Origin: Octopus vulgaris
Taxonomy: Eukaryota
Assembly: GCA_951406725.2 (NCBI GenBank)
Contig: OX597842.1
Location: 17,546,001-17,610,000, forward strand
Length of the DNA: 64,000 nucleotides
Direction of reading: 5' to 3'
The notes below the pieces were generated by a model. That model was given only the letters and a program-made list of their open reading frames with translations, did not search any database and was not told where the DNA came from. Positions 56,161-64,000 of the stretch are shown one piece after another. The translations under genes and the position numbers were made by a program. Positions within the stretch are counted from its first letter, which is position 1; the number at the start of each line of letters is the position of its first letter.

Positions 56161-56755
56161 CATACATATATACAGACATACACACACATACATACATACA
56201 TATACATACATTCATTCATACATACATATATACATACATACACACTCACATACATACATACAAACATACATACATACACACATACATACACACATACACT
56301 CATACATACATAAAAACATACTTACATACATACATACATGCATACATACATACATACATACATACACATACATACATAAATACATACATACATACATACA
56401 TACACACATACATACATTCATACATACAAACATACATACTTACATACATACATATATACATACATACATAGATACATACATACACACACACGCATACATA
56501 CGCACAAACATACATATATACATACACACATACATACACACATACACTCATACATACATAAATACATACATACATACATACATACATATTTACATACATA
56601 CATACATACATACACATACATACATACATACATACACACACATACACATACATACATACACACAAACATACACACATACATACATAATACATACATACAT
56701 ACATGCATATATACATACATACCTACGTACATACATGCATATATATATTCATACA

Positions 56756-56789
<34 letters not shown>

Positions 56790-57207
56790 CATACATATAT
56801 ATATACATAGTTACATACATACATACATTCATACATACATACATACATACATATATATATACATACATACATACAAACACATACATACATACATACATAC
56901 ATATACATACATTCATACATACATACATATATACATACATACATACATACACATACATACATAGATACATACATACACACACACACATACATATATACAA
57001 ACATACATACACACATACATACACACATACACTCTTACATACATACATAAATACATACATACATGCATATATAGATACATACATACATACACATACATAC
57101 ATTCACACATACATACATACACACACATACACATACATACATACATACACACAAACAGACACACATACACTCATACATACATTATACATACATACATACA
57201 TGTATAT

Positions 57208-57238
<31 letters not shown>

Positions 57239-57312
57239 CATTCATACATACATACATACATACATAAATACATACATACACACATACATACATACATACA
57301 TACATACATACA

Positions 57313-57346
<34 letters not shown>

Positions 57347-58259
57347 CATACATCCATACGTGCATACATACATACATACGTAACAACATACATACATATA
57401 CATACATACATATATATATACATACATACACACAGACATATACATACATACAGAAATATACATACATACATACATATGCATTCATACATATATATACATA
57501 CATACATATATTTATATATATATACATACATACATATATATGCATACATACATACATATATATACATACATACATATTTACGTACATACACACATACTCA
57601 CGCACATACATACATACACACATACATTCACGCACATACATACATACATACATACATACATACATACATACATACATACATACATACATACATACATACA
57701 TACATACATACATACATACATACATACATACATACATACATACATACATACATAAGTGTATGTACCTATGTGCATGAAAATGGCTGTCTTGCATTTACTT
57801 GGTAGGTAATATGAGAACATACTGTGTCACCCTGATCGCTGCACCCACCATTTCTTGGTGATTCCCTGACGGACGACGCCTTTGTATCATTTAGGCGACA
57901 ACCCTCCAACCCATGGTTCTGTTAGGGCAGTCGTTGGTAGTGAGGGTTTTACGGGATCAAAGTGCAAATGCTAACTCGCCCCCTTTTAATATCTGTTTAC
58001 AAAACGCAGACGAAACGTCTGGTCAATTCATTGATATGCCAGTCCCCTTCACAGCCCTGGGGCAACGTGAAATGCAGTGTCTTGCTCAAGGATACAATAC
58101 GCCATCCTGTCTGGGAATCGATCGCACGTTCAGAGGATCGTGAATGCAAATCCTGACCCCTAAGCCACTCACATTCACTGATGAAAAAAATGTATAAACT
58201 TTGGGATTTTATTTCAAAATTCAATAAAATGATAATCGTGGTTCCTGATTGTGAATATC

Positions 58260-58670
58260 GGATCTTTTCCGTTTGAAAGTCACTTTTTAAAATAATTTCC
58301 ACGTAACTAAAATCTTTTAAACTTCGTATTCTGGTAGAATGTGTTTATAAAACATATTTTTCTCTTGGCTTTATTGAGAAAATTCTATAGTTTGAAAGAT
58401 ATTTGTTGTTGTTTTTCTTCAATTTCTGCAATTTCAACCAATCAATGACGTCTGTTGAGGTAAAAAACATTCTTTGCCGTATGAATATGTCCATCGTTTA
58501 AGAAACAGATTGGGTTTATTTACATTTCTGAAGAAAAAAAGATACCCTTCCCCCCACCCCTTACCCTAAAATGGATTGAAATGCAATTGATCGATACTAG
58601 GGTCATAATTATGGGTGACAATTTCATATCACACCGCTAGAAAAAACTGCCGTTCAAACCGAAAAGATCC
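58260..58670. mobile_element. MITE with 8-bp TSD and GG...CC termini (Merlin-like)
   Basis: TIR ggatcttttc(c/g)gtttgaa; TSD tgaatatc at 58252-58259 and 58671-58678; empty sites at ~21475 and ~38540. Confidence 0.88.
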
Positions 58671-59269
58671 TGAATATCTTCTAATCGATTCTTAAAATTA
58701 ACTGATTATATTCAGTGGAATAAATGGGTGCTTAAGCGCATAAAATATTTATACTGTTATGATTTTTTGAAAGATAGAAAATATACTAATAACAAATGAA
58801 TCACGATATTATATATTGATTAGACTCAAGGTTGTTTAACGCAGTCTGCAGCCTGATATTATTAATATTTCCAGTTTATTCCTTCAAAATGGATTAATTA
58901 GTTTATATACAAAATTCCAATGACTATTCGGATATTTCTTGCATGGACTTGTTACTTCTCTGAAATTAATGAGCTTTACCCCGATTCTTAATATTCATTT
59001 CATTTGTGAGCTTACCATGACGTATTTCTCATTTTGATCGATAAACAACATTTATGAGGATGTGTGTGTATATGTGTGTGTACACGTGTGTGTATGTGTG
59101 TGTATATATATATATGGGCGTGGGTGTGTCTGTGTGTTACTTCCTAATTACATGGTTCCGGGTTCAGCCCCACAGCGTGACACCTTGCGAAAGGGCCTTC
59201 TTCTGCTCCTCGGCTTGGTCAAAGCCCCAAAATCTGTAAGTGGATTTGAAACTGGAAGGACCCGACGTA

Positions 59270-59338
<69 letters not shown>

Positions 59339-59405
59339 GTCTGTCTGTCTGTCTGTCTGTATGTATGTATGTATATATGTATATATATGTATACACACAT
59401 AGATA

Positions 59406-59443
<38 letters not shown>

Positions 59444-59554
59444 TATAAATATATATGAATACATATGTGTACAAGCTCAAGAGCTGAAACTGGAAAACAT
59501 AAACATATAAACATAAACAATATGTATGTATACATATGTATATATACATATATA

Positions 59555-59594
<40 letters not shown>

Positions 59595-59612
59595 TATAGT
59601 TATATGTATATA

Positions 59613-61363
59613 CCGTATTTGACGATATATTAGACGCACTGGCATATTAGACGCCCCCTCATTTCAGCAGGTCAAATTCAGGAAAAGAAGTTTTAAGTGT
59701 ATTTAAGCATATATTGTTGAAAGCAGTCTAGCAGCACATTACAAAAGCAGAAAACATTGCTGCATAAAAGCAAGCATACAAAAGGAAAGCATACTAATTA
59801 CAATAGTAATCATCTTTAATCATCTTTTTAACCAGAAAACTCTTCATCATCTTCTACACCAGAAAAGTCTTCATCATCTTCAAAACAAGGAACATCATTA
59901 CTACTGCTGAAATCACTGTCTTCAAATAATGCATCATCTTCTGTGCCATCAAGGGCATTGCTAATGCCACACTTCTTAAAAGCCTTCACAATGATTTCAG
60001 GCCTAACACCATCCCAAGATTTCTTCACCCACTCACACACTTCAGCAATGGTGGGCCGCTTCATTCTTCCTGTGGGTGTGAGGGCATGATGTGGCTCTGC
60101 CATCCACTTGTTCCAATGTTCACGCATGTTCTGCTTAAATGGCTTATTCACAGACACATCTAAAGGCTGCAATTGGCTCGTCAGTCCACCAGAAATGACA
60201 GCTAACTGCATTTTCAATTCTCCCACCCTTTTTTAATGGCTTCAGTTCTATGTGCTCTAAACTGATCCCAAACCAGAAGAGAAGGTTTTCTTAATAGTCC
60301 ACCAGGACGCCTTGACCATATATTTTGTAACCACAGTTTCATTCCATTTTCGTCCATCCAGCCTTTTTCGTGAACATGAACTAGTACACCTCTTGGAATT
60401 TTATCCTTAGGCTGAGTTTTTCTCTTAAATATCAAAAGAGGTGGAAGTTTTATGCCATCAGCACAACAGGCCAGAGCTACAGTATAGTGGGTCTTTTCGT
60501 GGCCAGTGGTTTTTATCGAAACCGTTTTAGACCCTTTGACACTCACAGTCCTGTTGGATGGTACATCAAATGTGAGTGGAACTTCGTCCATATTCCCTAT
60601 TTGGCCCAGTTCAAAACAAGTTTTCTTTCTTGCATTTATAACAAATCTATGAAAATCTAATATTTTTTCTTCATAATCAGCAGGCATTTTTTGTGGAATG
60701 GATGTTTTTGTACGCATTGATAAACCCTTCCGTTTCATAAACCTGTAACACCAACCTTCTGTTCCTGCAAAGTTCTGTATCCCTCGTTGTTCTGCTACTC
60801 TCATGGCCTCATGAATTATCATTTTGGTAGATACACTTCTCCCTGAGTTTCTCTCATCAAGCACCCACGTTTTTATATCATCCTCAAGTTCTGGCCAATG
60901 TGGGGCTGGGCAACGAAGGTTATGTTTACCTTTCTGTGCTCTCATCAGCTGCTCTTCTTGCTGTCGCCAGACACGTATCATCTTTTTCTGTAGGTGGTGG
61001 CCCAAAAACCCTTGCTGCTGCTCTATTTCCATGCTCCTTGGCATAATCTACTACTCGTAGTTTGTAGGAGATTTTGTAGCTTGATCTTTTTGCTGCCATA
61101 GCCGTGAGGGTGCTTGTACAGTTGTAGTGTGTTTTGTTATGATCATAAACTTTGTTGTACCAAGATATCCAACCTACCTCCGTATATACACGAACTCGCA
61201 ACGATCATGTGCATTCCGTAGTTTTACTCATCACCGTCAGATGGCATCGAGTTAGGGTTCCGATCAGCTGATATTAGTAAACGTGTGTCATGGATCGCAG
61301 CCTAACAATTTACGGTAGATTGCTTTGATTTTTACGATAATTCGTATTTTAAAGTAATAATAC

Positions 61364-61412
<49 letters not shown>

Positions 61413-61615
61413 AGCAATAAAATAATGATGCATGAGTACGGAAAATATCATTAAGGCGTTAGCGTAGGTAGAAATACTTATCGTAAGCTAGGTTAGTGAG
61501 CGTCTGGGAGAAGATTAGCCTACGGGAGGGTTTTGACTTCGCATATCAGACGCAGGGCGATTTTTTGAGCCAAATCTTTTGGAAAAAAGTGCGTCCTATA
61601 TGCCGTCAAATACGG
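59613..61615 (-). mobile_element. pogo-family DNA transposon, full length, transposase (61099-59828) with two frameshifts
   Basis: TA|ccgtatttgacg...cgtcaaatacgg|TA TIRs; Brinker-like and CENP-B HTH regions; NMDE, VWD and QPLD DDD motifs. Confidence 0.93.
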
Positions 61616-62084
61616 TATATACATATATAGTTATAGATATATGTATGTATGTATGTATGTATGTATTGTATATCATAGAAGAGTTAAAATTAAAGTGACA
61701 GTTAAAGAGTACAGATGAGGTAAATTATAAAAGAATAATAATATAATGTATATAACAGGCAATATGTATATATACACACACACATATATATACACATACA
61801 GACATATTATAAATTTTCTACTATATTAGATTGTAAATCGAAAGATATGTCCTTCAATGTCACTATATATACATATATATACATGCCTATACATGAAATA
61901 TTAGAAAAAACCTTTCTATCGATTCAAAATGAACAATCAAATTACACCATCTTGAAAATTGCATATAAGAAGGTTAGAATTAGAATGACAATTGGCAAGT
62001 AAAGATCAAGTAAATTACAAAAATAATATAATGTATATAACAGGCAATATATATATACACACACATACATACACACACACACAC

Positions 62085-62133
<49 letters not shown>

Positions 62134-62301
62134 TTAGGGAATAAATCCAAATTTACAGGGAAAAAATCAGATTTAGGATTAAATCCAATTTTATAGTAAA
62201 ATATTATAAAATATTATTAGAGACAAAACCACTATTTTGCAAAACAAACAAGGAAAGACTTAATCAATACATAAAATTTTAATAAATAGTCAAAAAAACC
62301 G

Positions 62302-62344
62302 CCACTACAATTATTTCTTGTCTTGATCGACAATCTTCAGGTGG
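62302..62344 (-). ncRNA. Minimal type-I hammerhead ribozyme motif
   Basis: CCAC-CUGAAGA-UUGUC-gaucaa-GACAA-GAAA-UAAUUG-UA^GUGG; stems I and II pair perfectly; lies 3' of a Penelope ORF. Confidence 0.7.
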
Positions 62345-62364
62345 ACTTCCAATATATCAGTTTC

Positions 62365-62399
<35 letters not shown>

Positions 62400-62404
<5 letters not shown>

Positions 62405-63480
62405 CACTAAATGTTCTACTATATTATATTGTAAATCGAAAGATTTGTCCTTCAATGTATGATGAGTAAAGTTTCAGCCATTTAATTTGGGGGAGAACTT
62501 AGCTATGAAATATTTTTCCATATTCCTCCTGAAAGAGGTGTCGTTCTTCGGACATTTGTAGAAGGGAAAGAACTTAAATTTTCCTTCTCCACATGTAGCT
62601 AGGTGTGTGCTTAGTGGTATTTTGCGTAGTTCTTCCTGCCGAATATGTTGTCGGTGAATCCTGGCTCGCTGGCACAAAGAATTACCAGTTTCACCTACGT
62701 AATTCTCCTTGCACGTGGTGAAGGTTATGCAGTATATAACGTTCTGCGTCTTGCAGTTCATATCAGCATTTATTTTGTATATGTCACCACCTTTAAATCT
62801 TATCTCTCTGTTTCCCTCTGTGTATTTGTAGGTGGGGTTGCTGCAGATCCCACATCTACCATCTCCACATCTACCATCTTAGGCAAAGAATTCCGTTTTA
62901 GTTTCTGAAGAGAATATCGCTCTTGTTAGGTGTTTCTTTAGGTTTTTGTCCTGTTGTCTACTGTTTTTATGCTATATTTTGGGGCATTTTGGGGCTTTGT
63001 AAGGCTATTGGTAGGTTTGAATGTATGGTTTGGAAGATGTTGGTAACTCAGGGTTGTGCGTGTTTATAAAAGGGATAATGTTTTCTTTCTTTTCTGTTTT
63101 GGGTGTCCTGAGTTGTGTGATGTCTAGTTTTAATGCTCTTGTGATTCCATTTTCTATTAGTTTAAGGGGGTATTTTTGCTCTAGGAGGAAGTTTTTGAGT
63201 TCATCTAGTCTTATTAGTCGTATTTGTGAATCCGTAACTATGCTACATATTCGTCTTGCCATACTATATGGGATGTTTGTTTTTGTGTGGGATGGGTGGC
63301 AGGAGTGGAAATTTAAGTATTGGAGTGTGTCAGTTTTTTTGTAGTGGATGTCTGTTGTGACGATGGAGTTGTGTATTTTGAAGTTGATGTCTAGGAAGGG
63401 AAATTCGTTGTGGCTAATGTGTTTTGTGAAGTTGATAGATGGGTGTAGTGTATTAGGGATGTTGTGAAATGTTCGTACGA
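62400..63480 (-). mobile_element. 5'-truncated Penelope/Poseidon-like element
   Basis: FPFLDI, TDIHYKKTD, SCHPSHTK; GIY-YIG NVIYCITF...YVGETG. Confidence 0.88.
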
Positions 63481-63529
63481 ACATTCCACATATGTGTATA
63501 TGTATGTGTGTATGCATATATATATTATT

Positions 63530-63536
63530 TATATTA

Positions 63537-63570
<34 letters not shown>

Positions 63571-63582
63571 ATTATTATAGAA

Positions 63583-63642
<60 letters not shown>

Positions 63643-63873
63643 GTGTATAACAATATTAGTAACAATAATAAAAAAATAATAATAATAATTATATTAATAA
63701 TAATAATAATAATAATATTAAAAATAATAATAATAATAATAATAATATTAAAAGTAATGGTAATAATATTAATAATAATAATAATAGTCATAATAATAAT
63801 AATATTAATAATAAAAAAAAATAATAATAATAATAAAAATAATATTGATAATAATAATAATATTATCATTATT

Positions 63874-63958
<85 letters not shown>

Positions 63959-63960
63959 TT
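63530..63960. repeat. (TAT)n/(AAT)n microsatellite
   Basis: Direct reading. Confidence 0.95.
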
Positions 63961-64000
63961 ATGTTAGTCGACACCTAACTGTATTGAAAAGTAGCCATCT

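Larger units (their letters stand above)
43184..57760. repeat. ~14.5-kb degenerate (TACA)n/(TA)n field with three copies of a ~470-bp unique unit (43280-43760, 44970-45420, 53640-54102)
   Basis: Direct reading; higher-order duplications such as ~55540-56140 vs ~56155-56760. Confidence 0.95.

Noticed and set aside
43635-57820. Numerous MYVC/HTYI-rich ORFs up to 563 aa
   Set aside because: Artefacts of stop-free (TACA)n repeats.

Overview
AT-rich, microsatellite- and transposon-dense animal DNA, most likely an octopus (inferred from the tRNA-derived SINE families and the (TA)n/(TACA)n/(TAA)n load). A spliced minus-strand gene is scattered among the repeats and the ORF track shows only fragments of it. 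Gene A has four phase-compatible coding exons (7195-6865, 4718-4627, 911-766, 234-131) and continues off the left edge. It encodes a signal peptide, a Cys-rich PAN/apple-like module and an uncharacterised mollusc-type C-terminal domain. A disabled tandem paralog, B, lies at 33417-27503. Some A/B exons are far more divergent, mostly at amino-acid-changing sites, than the adjacent introns. The PAN exon of B is folded into a spacer-less 700-bp palindrome. Upstream of both copies is a repeated cassette with a putative minus-strand 5' exon and a divergent plus-strand TATA/micro-exon unit. The rest is mobile DNA: an intact CR1/L2-group LINE, a Naiad-like Penelope element with inverted terminal repeats, other Penelope copies with hammerhead motifs, a 5'-inverted RTE, pogo, mariner/Tc1, piggyBac and Merlin-like elements, many SINEs, and a ~14.5-kb (TACA)n field. 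All family assignments and counts were made by eye, and repeat boundaries are approximate.
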